The notes under the pieces: generated by a model
Told to the model about the DNA's origin: nothing
The model's database searches: none
Seen by the model: the letters and a program-made list of their open reading frames with translations, nothing else
Assembly: GCF_018977255.1 (NCBI RefSeq)
Contig: NW_024704766.1
Location: 3,906,001-3,970,000 of the forward strand
Source of the DNA: Callorhinchus milii
Lineage: Eukaryota
Direction: 5' to 3'
Length of the DNA: 64,000 nt
Shown: positions 25,895 through 40,000 of the stretch, piece by piece
Numbering within the stretch: the first letter of the stretch is position 1
Layout: the number at the start of each line of letters is the position of its first letter
Made by a program: the position numbers and the translations under genes

Positions 25895-26147
25895 AACAAC
25901 TTATCCCAATGTGACTTCTCTGCCCCCACACTTTGGAACTCCATCCACCAGTCCCTTTTTTCTTGCTCCCTCCCTTGCCTCCTTCAAAGCACGTCTCAAG
26001 ACCCTTCTCTTCAACCGCACATTCAGCCACCCTCCTACCCCTATCTCCTTGCCCTCCACCTCTTTTGGCTCCAATCCCATGCTCAGGTCCAAATCTCTGA
26101 CTGTCCAGCGCCTTGGGATGTCCTCCCGACATGAAAGACGTTGTTGA
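25895..26147 (+). mobile_element. L2 LINE 3' end
   Basis: APTLWNSI...SLASFKARLKTLLF remnant plus hairpin tail. Confidence 0.85.
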
Positions 26148-27139
26148 TGGAGTAAACAAGCCACGTCAATAGTAAATACATCCCTGTTCTCTTCATTACT
26201 TTTTAAAGAAAAAACACTTTTATTTATTAAAAGTGTATATCGTAGCATGAAACCTAATTTCGGTGGCTACATGTGTTTTTAATGGTATTTCTTGAAAGAA
26301 ACTAAACACTATCATGTCTCTAAAAGAGCACAAGACGTCCCATTTTAAGATGAACTATTTATTAATGTGCTTCCAGCTGCCAGCCACATTTATCCAAATA
26401 GTATCCACTAACGGTATCGAATAGAATTACTAACAGAATCATAGAAATTTACAGAATGGCTTTGAAAAGTCCCATTGCCCTCGAAAGAAATTCAAACGTA
26501 ACTGAGAACCATATATAGATCAGTGCCATAATAAGAACAGATATAATTTAGAATTAATTTGATTGAATGGAGAATCCTTTCAATCCAACCCATTGCTTTG
26601 GTTTAAGCCTCCATCAAGCACAATTCGAACAGCTTCTTGGTGGGGGAGAGCTTCCATTGATGGGGGACACGTGTCAGTGCCGTTTTGTTTTTCAGTGTTA
26701 GGACAAATTGTTGGCCCCAATTTCATCCACAGCTGCTTGTTCTCACAGTCAATTACGGTTTCGAAACATGGGACATGCATTTTGTGCTTAAAAAAAATGG
26801 GATGCGGGGTGGGTTTGAGTGTTACAATTGGCTGAGGTACCACTGGGATCCGAAAGGTGTCCCTGATCACTGTCTAGTTACCGCCTGCGTGTGTGTGTTT
26901 ATGTGCACATACTTCAGGTTAGGACAAAGCTTGGCCGTAGTGATCCCCTTGAGTTCAATTCCTTCTGAATAATGTATGTCTTGGCTCACACTTGGTGGAT
27001 TCCCATTTGCGTGATGAACTGGAGTGTGACCAACACTACTGGAACCATACTGCAGGATCAGTCAAATCAGAAAATCAGAGGGGAAATGTTATTTAATTTG
27101 ATCAATAACCTTCAATAACCACCGTATACCCTCACCACC

Positions 27140-27174
27140 ACCCCCCCTCCCCCCCCCCCCCACACACACACACA
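27140..27174. repeat. C-run plus (CA)n microsatellite
   Basis: Long C runs then (CA)n, directly before an L2 tail. Confidence 0.9.
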
Positions 27175-27180
27175 TGTGAA

Positions 27181-27520
27181 ACAACAACAACAAAATTACA
27201 TTTATATAGAGCGCCTTTCACATCGGGCGGATGTCCCAAAGCACTGAACAGTCAGGTGTTGGGGCCCGAGCATGGGGGAGGGGTGGTTTAGGGGTGAGGG
27301 AAGGCAGAGAGTGGGAGGGAGATCAAAGGTACGATCGAAGGGAAGGGTCTTGAGATCGGCCTTGAAGGAGACGAGGGAGGAAGCGAGGCGAAGGGACTGT
27401 GGGATGGACTTCCAGAGTGTGGGGGCAGAGAGGCTGAAAGCCCGACCATCAATGGGGCAGGACGAGCGGGAGACATGGAGCCCACTGAATGGAGGGAGCG
27501 GGCAGGTTGGTAGGGAAAGT
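27181..27520 (-). mobile_element. L2 LINE 3' end, close relative of 680-1078
   Basis: Shares ggggcccgagcatgggggaggggtgg and downstream sequence with 680-1078. Confidence 0.9.
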
Positions 27521-29486
27521 CAGTGAGTGTGCTCTACCTTCAACAGGTAAGGAAGGAGCTAAATGTAAAGGCTAAGAGTGAATCATTTCATTTGGTCAAT
27601 ATTTACTCCTATGTGGCGCTTCTGAATGGCAAAACGTTTCAAAAACAAAACGCTGAACAAAGGAACGAATAAGTAAATGCTTGACTTGCTTCACCCAGTG
27701 ATTAGATCAATTACGATTGTGTTGGGCGTTCATTTTTCAAACTGATTTCAGTCTGAATGTTCTCACGAGAATGGTTAATTGCAACACGAAAACGATTCTC
27801 GGCTTAGAAAGGTTCGAAATGAACCGTTCAAATGAAAAACAAATTCGGATTTGATGCTAGTTAGTCTTTGAGGAATGTTTGGAACACACAGGGCAATCTG
27901 TGCTACGGCATGAGTTAAATGAGCAAATTGGCTCGGTGGAAAGCATGTTTGAAATGAACTCAGTAATAAGTTACACCAAATATTAACCGCCTTAATTGTA
28001 CATCATTTCATGTCGGGCTTAATTGCATGTGATTTTGTGCTAAACAAAACCCTACGCAAAATAATGGCCTTGGCACAAGCCATAGAAACAATTCCCATCC
28101 ATTTTCCAGGTTTGATTGAGCACCTTAGGCTTTCACCATTCTTTCACAGCTATTCATTTCTGGCTCATGACTCTGGCTTGTTTTTAGCTGCTGTTTGCTG
28201 AGAATTAGCAGAGGCCTACAACTATAACTAGGCCAGGGCTTTGACGTTCTGGGGCTTTCAGACAATCAGAACAAAACTAAAGTGGGAAACTAGTTGAAAC
28301 GTTTGAAATACGCTCTTCAGTTTCTGTAGGTCTTGCGCTTTTCTGGATCGCGAATAATGCTCCAGCATTTGTGTGACACATATGCAAGTCTTAGCGACCG
28401 TGTAGGCATGGATTCAGCACAATATTTGGCAGGAGGAACTGGTTTCAACATGTGCAGCGATATGACTGACGATTGTACAGTCTGGTTCAACTCAAAACAA
28501 CTCTGTGTACTTATTTGACTTTTTAACTGTTTGTCGAGGCTGGAGCAAAAGAATAGGTACAATTTTCGAAGAATGCTTTCCTTGTTACACCCTCTAAATG
28601 ATAAATTACTCTTCAATATATACAGCTCACTTTATTCAGTGACGGAGCTCCATTACACTGTGAATTGTTTTTGGCGAAATTATTCGCGAAAAAACACGTA
28701 TAGACTGAAAGCGAATTGTTTGTTTGCGAAATTATTTTTTACATGTCATGTTTCCGTTCTGCATACTGACATAGAAACTTGGTTGTCGATAGGCTAAAGA
28801 GTTGTTTATCTTCAGCCATTACCAGATATCTTGAAGGCATCTCAGACTTCTTAAGTGTAAACAGCAAGAAGTATTTTGGGTCATACTGCCAAGATGGCAG
28901 CCCACGCATTAGCTTTGATTTGTTGTAATGTGTTGCACATGTACTCAAGAGTTTAAGATTGTGTGAAATTACTCCGGTCAAAATCTGGATTGGTCATTTC
29001 TTCCTTCAATATATCAAATAAACATAAGACCTCTCGGGTTCCAACTGTTGGGCATCAACTGGTTTTCAAACAATACAAAGAGTGATGTACTTCTCTAAAG
29101 GCAATTATCGGGGACTGTTATATTCATCCCCATATAACCTACGAGTGTTATTTGCAGATATCCAACCAAATATATTTTTTATGCTTATAACATGAAACAT
29201 AGTTAAAAGGGTGTAGAAAAATACTTGCTAACTAGAGTCAATGAAGAGCAGTCTTGTTGTTCTAGTTATAAAGATTACTCGAGTCAATCAGACACACACT
29301 GTGATATATCAAAGATTGCAATTTTCACCCCAATGTCTAAACACCAAATTACGTTAAAATGTAATTCAATGCACAAAACCAATTCGCACGTTAGTACAAA
29401 CCAACGCATCTGTGACATTTTTTAAAATTAATTTAGTTTCAATCGATGCAATATATATTTGTTAGCCTTTGTGATGTGATGTTTGT

Positions 29487-30070
29487 CATTCAGAACTCTG
29501 CAGCTCGTGTACTGTCCCGCACCAGGCTTCGGGACCACATCACTCCCACCCTCGCTCGCCTCCACTGGCTCCCCATCCCCCAGAGGATTGATTTCAAGAT
29601 CCTCATCCTCACCTACAAGGCCATTCACGGCCTCGCTCCCTCCTACCTCTCCAACCTACTATCCCCTACCTACCTGCCCGTACCCTCCGTTCCTCTGGCT
29701 CCGGTCTGCTCCACGTCCCCCGCCCCAACTGCCCTACCATCAGTGGTCGGGCCTTCAGCCTCTCAGCCCCCAGGCTCTGGAACTCCATCCCCCAGTGCCT
29801 TCGCCGCTTCTTCCCTTTCCTCCTTCAAGGCCGGTCTCAAAACCTTTCTCTTTGACCGTGCCTTCAGCTCCCCTCTCGACTCTCTTCCCCCTCCTCGCTC
29901 CCTCCCTTCCCTCCCCTCACCCTGACCATTTCCCCCCTCCTCGCTCCCTCCCTTCCCTCACCCTGACCATTTCCCCCCTGCTCGGGTCATGACCCAACTG
30001 TGCAGCGCCTTGGGACGTCCTCCTGACGTGAAAGGCGCTTTATAAATGGAATCTTGTTGTTGTTGTTGTT
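29487..30070 (+). mobile_element. L2-clade LINE 3' end (ORF2 C-terminus, 3' UTR, (TTG)n tail)
   Basis: Translates IQNSAARVLSRTRLRDHITPTLARLHWLPIPQRIDFKILILTYKAIHGLAPSYLSNLL, typical of the L2 ORF2 C-terminus. Ends cagcgccttgggacgtcctcctgacgtgaaaggcgc...ttgttgttg. Confidence 0.92.
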
Positions 30071-31729
30071 GCCTGCGGTTAACAAACTAGGCTTTTCCAG
30101 CTATGGTATTTCATAGGTACCAGCACGTGTATAAACCTTTGAAAACGATGAGGAAAGGTTTTCCATCTTGAACACTGAATACCACAGGGAAACTTCTCAT
30201 AGTAATACAAACTAGAATAACATTTGGTGTTGCTCTCTTTTCACATGGTGAGCAGCTCTGTACAGAATATACTGCAAAGTGCACTTGATGGTGTAATTTG
30301 CCTACGGTGACATCACATAAACATTTGCTAAAGATAATGTAATAAACAACCTCTCGTTTACTGGGCTCTTTAACTAAAGTGAGCATTAGATAAACCCGAG
30401 TTTCATTCCCTAAAAGGATCTGATGGAAAATAGTAAGGTTCAGACGAGGTCAGTGGTTTCACAGTCACTATTTTTAGGCAATGCAGACACTGATTAACAA
30501 TTGGATTAGTTAGCCCAAGTACTTAAAGTGTAGCGAAAGGTTTCTCAAAAAGATTTCGAACAACATCAGTACAAATGCCAAGTGCTGCAGCTTTTGGCTG
30601 TTCCCAAGAAGTATCTTCAGTATGTTGTTCTCCTGTGGGTAGAGTCCAAACACCAGCGTGGGCCAAATGGCCTGTTTCTGAGCTGTGAATCTATAACGAT
30701 TCGAATCGATGGAATATCATTCACCCTAGCAAGGTACTGACTGACCGGTGAGATGACAACAACAACTTGCATTTATATAGTGCCCTTCACGCAGGACAAT
30801 GTCCTGATGTGTGTTGTGTGAAGACAAGAGACAAAGACAAGTGGTTTATGACTACATTTAAAAAAGGGGGGAAGGCTAGAAGGTTTTAAAAGAGAGTTGT
30901 TGGAACATGGAAAGCTTTACAATAAATGGCTATTGAAACCGAGTCCATAACAACATTTGGAAGGCAGTTGGACCAGAACTTGAGGAAGATTTATTTAAAA
31001 GGGTCATTTATTTAAAGATGTCATTTCTATCCTGTTCTTGTTTTAATCTTTTCACTTTCTAAAAGGATATCATGTACTATAGAAATAATGATCCTTGCAT
31101 TTATTATGTAGAGTCCCATTTCATGTCATCGAAACGTCTCAAAGCACTTCACAAGATTTATTGCAGTGCATAATGACTATTTTCTAGGCAAATCTGAGTT
31201 TTGCTGTATTATTTTAATAGTGTGCGTTGTGTTTATACTATGCAGCTCTGTGCTTGACAGAAGAGTGAAGTGATGCCAAGCAATATTCACACGATAATAG
31301 ATACAACAAATGATTAATAGACAGCAGTCCCATGAAGGCTACGTCTTAAACGCAAGAGTGCTTGGAAATCCAACATATGTGTCCAACATAGTATCCAACC
31401 TGTAGATGGTTGTTTATCTCTAACAATAATAATAATAATCCTTTCACTTGATATGAATATCGAGACATCTCAAAGCGCTTCACAGAATATAAATTGAGTG
31501 TATATTTTGTGGGCGAAACACCTACAAAATTTGCCTTATTGTCCTATCTTTATATTATTTTTATTAGTTGACTATAAGAACGATGTTTTGGTGGGTTTTG
31601 AGCAGGACCTTATGTGAACTGTTTCTGTGTTTAATCTCCAAAGTTGTATTTCAATTGATAAAATTACTGTAGGGAGAAAGTTGTAAATGTAATTTAAAGT
31701 CTATTTTATCAAGTTTCTTTCAGAAGGTC

Positions 31730-32580
31730 GCAAGAGAAGTTCATATGAAGAAGACCTTTCTAAAATACTAATCCTCCTGTTTCTCCATCAGGCTATCAAA
31801 TTGCTTTCTAAATGAGTTATGTGTCTTGGCCTCAAACAGCCTTCCCAGTGACCTGTTCCACTCAGTAAATTCCTTCTGGGAAAATAAATACTTCCTGGTG
31901 CCCGTCCTGAAATTGCTCTTTGGAAAACTAAACAACTTCTTCTGCTGTCGGAGAGTCTTAAAAAATTATTGGTCCGAGGCAAATCCTTTCAAGACTGAAG
32001 TGCTCTCACTAATTTAATTGCTGCTCGTAACGCATTCCTCTAACAGTGAGGTTCCTTGTTATTGTTCTCCTCTGCACTACCTTTAGGGAACTGACAAACC
32101 CCTTGTTGTGTCACAGTGACCAGAACTATCGAGGGGTATCATGACCAGAGTACTATGCAGCTTGAATATGAACTCAACTGATTTGGCAATTTAGCTCATC
32201 ATCCTTTTTACCTTGTTTATTGCTGCCTCACACTGTTTTGACATGATGAGCGATAAATCAACTGAGACTCCTGGATCTCTTTCAGCCTCTCCCCTTGGCA
32301 AGTTCTAACGCTGGAATACGAATACATGTGTTTCCTATTCTTATTTCTCGTAAGCGGGACCTCAGTTATCTGGGTTGAACTTCATTTGCCAATCACCAGG
32401 CCAATGTACAAACCCGACTGCACCAACTCTGTTTGCTGCCTTCTCAGATTCCACAGTTGCCTTCAAGTTAGTGTCACCTGCAAATGTAACCACCTCACAT
32501 TGAGTCTGTGATTCCAGGTCATTAATGTACGCAAACAACAGATCCCAGAGGTAGCCCACTTAATACCTCCCCCCATTTTG
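31730..32580 (-). mobile_element. Decayed CR1-clade LINE reverse transcriptase fragment
   Basis: ORF 32362..32559 LLFAYINDL...VTFAGDTNL...WQMKFNPD matches CR1 RT motifs YINDL / FADDTKL / WQMKFN; the catalytic DD is mutated. Confidence 0.85.
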
Positions 32581-35477
32581 GCCTGGGTTGCCTAACAACA
32601 TTCAAGAGGATAAGATTTTTTTTTGAAGGGGTTATTACCCTGGAAAGCGATCCACCAAACGAGTTCCTATTTACCGCTAGATAAACAGAGGCGTGTGGAA
32701 CAAGAAAACTTCTAGTCTTCGTTCCTCACAAGGAGGTCCTTTTTTAGGTATTGAAAAGTGATCTGAACTGAAAATCCTGTACAGAACTACTGTAAAAAGC
32801 AGCTGTTGTATATCACAAGGATTAATTCAATGCCATGTCTGCTCAGTACCTGGAATTCTTTATCTAGGCATTTCAAAGTCAGCCAATGAAACACATCATT
32901 AAGCACAGAAAAATGAGGTGTCTGATATGACTTATCATTGATGATAATTATTACATACACAATGTGTTACTCCCCCCCCACACACACACGCACAGACACC
33001 ATTCATTTTTTAATGATACCCATTTTATCCAGACATTTTTGTCCAAACATACGAAGAAAGTAAACCCAGAACCCCACTTTTGGATGCATTGAGACAGAGT
33101 AACAAGACGCAAACATATTTGTCTCTCAGTAAACATTATAACACAAAGAATTGCAGCTCACAGAACAGAAAACACAAATATCGCCCAAGATAGCGGTAAA
33201 AACCTCTCGCAAACACCAGTTAGTATTTTTTACGCAGTTATTTTCCAATCGTGCTTCACAATACTTTCCTAACTGTGGTCCTGAGTACATTTAGTGATTC
33301 TTTTGTTAATTAGTGAACGAACCATGCTGGAAAAATTGCCCTTTAAACGTGTGGAAAGAGTTGATTCCAGAATCAGGTCGAAGCCAAGTGATTATCGTTA
33401 ATGAATGCATTAAGCAATCTGGTTCAAAAAGGGACTGAGCTTGATTTCGTGTCGAGCCCCAACATTTGGTTTATGTAAAGTAGAGAAGTTAACATGACTC
33501 TGTGGTGGAGCAAGTGCTTTGCTTTTATGTGATTCTAAGTTCCAGTTGAAGCCAATACTTTAAGCTTCTCTCTAACACGCATGACTCGTTTTATTATCTA
33601 CTCTGACTTGTGTTTTGTCTCACACGAATATTGGAAGTAACAGCTGTGAACGATGGCACGGATATCACTGAGTGATTTTTTATATGACTAATTACCTACC
33701 CCTCCCACCCAACCTCCCCCGGAAGGAGCTCAATGACACCTCAATGAGGTGTGACCTAATGACCACCAGGCAACCACTGGTACTTTGTGTTTTGAGACTA
33801 TTTTTATGTGAAAGGTGATCTATAAATGCAACTTGTAGTGTTATTACATTGACCATCTAGCCATTCCTCATGTACAAGCCTTAGCAGTGAAGTGTCTTCA
33901 GCCTATTTAATCCTGAGGAGCAACGAAGCCAAGCTTGACCTGCTGATGTCCACCGTAGAAGCTCACCGGATAGATATGATATTTACTATCCCAAGTCCTA
34001 GGCTATTCAGGGCTATTGTATTGCTGTAGCAGAAGACATCAGCTAATCCCACAAGAATCATAGAATATTACAGAACAGAAGGAGGCCATTCGGCCCATAG
34101 TGCCTGTGCTGGTTCTTTGGAAGAGCAACCCGATCAGTCAGAGCTACAAACATGCAGATCTGAAGCTCAGGTGAAATTGCCAGAAAACAAAAAAAGAGCA
34201 TTTCATCTGAAGCTGTCTACAAAGCAAGGTTGGCGGTCTCGCTCTCAAAGTTTTCTTTGGCATCTCAGTTTTCTGTGAACTGAAGAAATTGAATCAAACC
34301 AAATGCCAGCAATTGGCTATTACACGCAATTGAAACCGATCTTGAGAGAGAATTGGAATGAAAAGCAGATATTGACGTAAATCCAGCTCCCTTTACGCAG
34401 GCAATAAATCGCAATCAAACTTCACAAGATGCACACACAAAGGGTTTGTATTTGATTCGTATCAAACAAATTAAAATGTAGGTGTTTATAGCTAAAATTA
34501 TTTTCAGGGGCTTGTAGCTTGTACAGAATATAAAATAATAATCCATGCAGAAAGTTCCTTGTCACACTATTGAAAAGTCTCAAAGTGCTTCATAGAATTT
34601 TATTTTGATGTGTAGTGACCGTCTATTTGTAGGCAAATACTGCAGCTGATTTGCACAGAGCAATGTCCTACACTTATCTTTGGAATCGTTTGATTTAGAG
34701 AAATTGCACCACAATAATAATCTTTGCATTTGATATAGCACCTTATCGCTCCTTTGAGAAGTCTCAAAGCGCTTTGCAGGATGTAAAGTATTTTTTGAGG
34801 CGAAAATGAGGTCCGAGACAAAATAACAATTGACCTTGTTGGCAGGTGCATTTTTGGGGGGGTCCAGCCTGCTACACTATTATAAAAATCATGTAAAAAC
34901 AAATCCAATTTTAATCTCAAATAATATCAAACGCACACTCAGGCTTGGAGCATCCTTAAAGCATCCTTAAAGCTTTCATTACGAGATGTCTAACCAGGAT
35001 CTGAGGCTGGAGTGTACCAGCTCACCAAAGCGAATTAAAAATTAGCAAATTATGTCAAAGCCTAAATGTAACCACATGCTGCTTGCTAAAGCTGTCAGTC
35101 CGTACTGAGCGGGAGTGGAAGTGTTATATGACATTTCTCAGTAAAGGGAACAAAAACACATACAATGAATTTATTCTGAATCCAACCAGAACCCTTCCGT
35201 CAGCTTGTCACAATTAAAGTGCTGGGATTTGTGTTGCTAAGGTGTCTCGTTTTAGAGTTCTGTTATCGTGAGGTGAGACATTTTGCATACCACATATACT
35301 GTGCACTTTCCACTCGCGGTGGAAAAAAGTGGTGTCTGTTATGATTTATAAGTACGCTATTGACATATTGACATAACTGCAAGCGATCCCAGTAAAGTGC
35401 AAGAATTTGACGATAGTAAAGGATTAAACCTGAGGTCTTTGCATGTTTCGCCAGAACCAACAGCAAGTAATAATAAT

Positions 35478-35752
35478 AACCAACAGCAAGTTCCATTTAT
35501 ATAGCGCCCTTCATGCGGGGTAGCAACCCAAAGCACTTGACATTGGCGGATTCTGCCAACGAGCCGGGGGGAGAGGGAGGGAGTTTTGTGCAGGAGTATC
35601 TGGGTGGCAGTTTTGAATTAATTGGATTTTGTGTACGGTAGAGTAGAGCTGGGGAGACCAGGGAGGAGGGCGTCGGAATAGTCCAAGTGACGAAGGCGTG
35701 GACAGAGGGTTTCATCTGTGTCGGTCTTGAGGTATGGACAGAGGCGGGCAAC
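35478..35752 (-). mobile_element. L2 LINE fragment, second subfamily
   Basis: Decayed ARLCPYL...LDYSDALLPGLP plus tail atttatatagcgcccttcatgcggggtagc. Confidence 0.7.
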
Positions 35753-36202
35753 GTACATTGTGGTGATTTGTTGTCTTAAATGTCAAGTCGGGAAAACTCA
35801 CAAAATGTCGAGTAGCAATCAGTACCTCTTGCCAAAATATTTGTATTTATCAGGCTTGCACTGTAATGGAATTCTGTTATAAAACAGAATTACAGAGTAA
35901 ATTAGAAAAGCTAAAAAATAACTTTAACACTTAGGAATTTGAACCCTGGAGCCCGAGTTTACGAGTCGGCTGGTCTGCTGAGATATGTAGCGTGTGGAAA
36001 TTTATGCTCTCCCACCATGAACTGAGGAATAATGCCAATTATAATCTACGCAGCACCAAACAGCATTTGACACAACAGCTGGTTTGTCAGATGTCACTGG
36101 CAGCAGAGTATCGGGTTGGATGTCTGCCGCAGCGAAACCGATTGCAACCTTGTTATCCAGACCTGCTGCGTTTCAGCAACAGAATGCAAGTTGTTGTTGG
36201 GA

Positions 36203-36522
36203 TTCCCGGGGCAGGGCGAAAAGTTGGGCAAGTTTCCTTACTCCACACGCCTCTGTTCACCAAGCAGTAAGTCGGAACCTGGTTGTTAGTCGATTGGCGG
36301 ATCGCTTTTCCGGGTATGACAATCCCTTCAAAAATAAAATATTAATAATTTATTATTATCAATAAATTATTATTAATAATAATTTATTATTATCCAAGAA
36401 AGTTTGTGGGTCACTGCTGTCCACAATTGGCCCACTAAATATACAGTTAATCCATTTTACTGCGAAGCCCTTTGAGACGTCTTGAAGACTTGATAAGACG
36501 CTATATCAAATGCAAGGATTAA
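36203..36522 (+). mobile_element. Same SINE, 5' truncated
   Basis: gggcagggcgaaaagttgggcaagtttccttactccacacgcc through tail atatcaaatgcaaggatta. Confidence 0.85.
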
Positions 36523-36870
36523 TAAGAGCCACCCATTGCGTGAAGTGTTTTGACACGATGAAGAGCTGTACAAATATTAATGTTTAGAAAACTAAATTGG
36601 TGATGAAATGAATTATTGTACGACTGTCAAAATATCACTCTGACTTGTCACTATGGGAACCTACTTTTATCTGTGATGAGTTTTTTTTTTAGCCCTCAGT
36701 TCAGCTTCATATTTGAGCCAAACTGTTATGATCTCTTTATTATCTCATGATTTAATGATCACTGGATTTCCTTTGGAAATATTTGCAGGCCATCACAAAA
36801 GAGGATATAACCCTCAGTCTATTTTTTTCTGTACTGCTTAGCTTCTAAAATAATTATAGAAGCAAAACAA

Positions 36871-37090
36871 TGGGGAGGCATTTCACTTGGGTATAGATTT
36901 ACTCTATTTTGGGGGCATTTCAGAGGATCCAGGATTTGTCAAACTATTCTAGTCAGTCACTGAAGTCAGTTTTCTGCAGTTTTTTTTAACTAACGTACAA
37001 GATTAAGACCGCATTTAAGAATTTTCCAAATTCAGGATGATCTAAAATGCAACATAAGAGTAAATTGAAACCAAGGTGAAATTTTCTCAG
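36871..37090. mobile_element. Second copy of the palindromic MITE
   Basis: tggggaggcatttcacttgggtatagatttactct ... agagtaaattgaaaccaaggtgaaattttctc. Confidence 0.7.
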
Positions 37091-40000
37091 TAGATATTGG
37101 CTNTTTTTCGATATTTCTGAAAATAAAATGAATGATTTGAGATTTTTTGCTCATTATTTTTCAGTCCTCACTGAACTTTTGATCAAAACGGACGAGTTTT
37201 GTCTCGGGTCAAGTGATTTGAATTTCATTTAAAACTTTTCAATTTCAATGATGTTGTTCATCACTATTTCAATATCAATCAGGAGAAGTGGACAAAGGTC
37301 TGTTATAATCTAGATGCACGAGTTATAAATCCAGGTATGCAGAGTATCATGACATGGAAAAATAATATGCCGTCAATTAAAACTGATCAAAATCACGACA
37401 TGTCAGGCAAACGGGCATTAAGGAATGAGATTTTTACATTTATTATTTATATACTGTATGTCTGTTTCTGGTTTGTGTGTGTGCGTATGTGCTTTTCCAA
37501 TGCTATACGCTTAGGCAGTCAAGAAGGTTAATTGTGTGCTCATTGTACTTCCATTATTTGTCTAAAGACATTCCCTCCAATACCAACTGAAGCCAGATGG
37601 CTTCTGCAATATGATAGCAGTTCCATGTCTGCCAGTTCAATAACATAATTTGGGGTTTTGGCAGTGACTAAATAAAATGACTACAAGTTTAATTACATAA
37701 ATGTTTGGAGGAGAACAATCTAAATTTGAGGTTGAGACCAGTCTGGAACTTTGGTACATTTTGTATTGGATTATGTTGATCATTCAAAAATGGACCTGGC
37801 TTGCTGCGCAGCCAATATGAATGCGCAGTGTGTAGATAATTATTATTATTATAAGAGTCCACACTTGTTAAGAAACATCGCAATTTAGACCCCAATATCT
37901 CTGAACTTCAAACGCAATGGAACTTGAGTCCAGATTGCAGGATTGGTTTAATGGGCTGAAGGATCCTCGTGACTGTTTAAAACAGACTTATCTTATCTAC
38001 AAGTTCAAGGCAGTAGGTAAGAAAGAATAACGTAGGTTAGATACTGTGTAAAGACATCACAAGATTCAGATGAAGCTGATAAACCACTCAAGCTTGACTT
38101 TATATTCATGCCTGAAAACCCTTGAAGAGGTTCTGTCTTTGAATACCTATAGAGACTTAAACATCAAATATTTTTCTCCAGCATCGCTGACCTAATTCAT
38201 TCAAAGTAAAGCCTTCTCTCTCTCGCTCTCTTCTCTCTCTGCCCTTCTGCAAAAATCCTCTTTTCATTTTATAAATGATAACGATTAAACAATTACATAA
38301 AACACGCTGCAAACCCATTCCACTGATTCACATCAGGGAGAAGCATTTCAGTTGCAAGGCGAAACACATCACAAACAGCTACAATGATTGTGGACAATGC
38401 AGAGCAGATATTGCATTCTGTCCTGTAAAAAAAACATATATTTCTGTTCAAAAATCCAAACAAGCTTCCTACAGGAAATTATTTAATAAGAAAAAGTATA
38501 TATGATTATACCACAATTATACAATGCAGGCAATAAGGAGACCAACCAATGTTGACACCGAATTTGTTCTCATAGAATAATAGTTCTCAACTCAGGAGGG
38601 AGATATGAACTTGATCGCTTCCTGTAATGGAATCTACTGTGCACTCAGTAGCTATGAGCACCATAGGGTTAGAGAAATATAGGGAGAGCAAAAAGGAAGT
38701 CATTCCAGATCTAATTAGATCTGATCAATTGGTGGAATGGGCTTGATGGACTGAATAGTGTCCTCTGCTCCTATTTTCCTACGAGTTAAAATTCCCAGGG
38801 AGTGCTAATTGTGGATTTGTACCTTTCCTGCGCATTTGGATGTAATATAAAACCACCAAATAAGTCAAAGCAGTTACAACTGTTTACTTTTAAAAGAAAT
38901 GTCATTTTCTTTTGTACACCTGCTTCGTAAAACTCGCGTTGACATCTTGTTCCAGATTCGACTTTGTTTGGAACATCGTCAAGATAGCAGCACATAAAAC
39001 CGATGCATCAGGCTTGTGAAAAAGCCAACCAGAACTGCACGGGTTATGTTTGCAAGGAACAGTACTACATATTGCATGGTTTTTACCCTCCCCGTACAGT
39101 CAGTAGTGGAGCTTTCCTGTTACGCATGGCCCAATTTCTATTACAGTCCAATATATTGCTTAACAACAGGATTCTATTGCATTAGATGTATAAATCACAC
39201 AAATACAGCACAAGGCAACTTCCACTGTAGTAAAGGGAGTTTCCTAGCTTTACGTTCCAGACATCTGGTGAAAATGTACCATTAAAACCTACTGGTTTGA
39301 CTTCACCCTGCTCATATTTCAACTTTTGTTAAATATTTAATAACGTCTGTTGCTAACAATTATTTGAACTTTATACGGATGGACGGGATGTACTTCCTGC
39401 AACTTCTTCAGTCTTCTGCAAGCAACTCCCGATCACGTTTGAAAAACTAGCGAGTCTGCTGCCAAGGAAAGCTGGGCTGGTGGACATTTTCCTCCTGTTT
39501 GTCTGCTTGCTAGATAATTGCCTAGTTAGCTGTTAGTTAAGCGCTCCGAGACGGCGTTTCTATGACTCGGTGTAATAATAATGATCCTTTTTAATGATCC
39601 ATGTGGGCCTCATGGCTTTGGATGCAATCGCTCTCGCACCTTCGGAGAATCCGAAACATTGACTGTCCAGCGCATTGGGACATCCTCCCGACGCGAAAGG
39701 GCTATAAAAATGTAATTTTATTGTTGTTGTTGATGTCCCAAAGGATTCACAGGTTTCGCTGTAAACTAAATTCATTGTAAACGCTGTGGCTGCAAATTAG
39801 TGATAAATAATCCTTGCATTTGATGTAGGGCATATAATGTGCACAGCACTTCACAATTCATTTCTGTAAAGTGTAGTGACTGTGATTTCTGAACTCTTAC
39901 CAAAGCAGAATGGCTCAGAGCAACGACCACAGCCTGAAACTTGGAAGAAATCTTTTAACTTCCAAAGTCCATTTTGAAATTCCAATTCTTGAGCAAAGCC

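Noticed and set aside
12868-37103. Single N bases at 12868 and 37103
   Set aside because: Assembly ambiguities next to homopolymer runs, not biological features.
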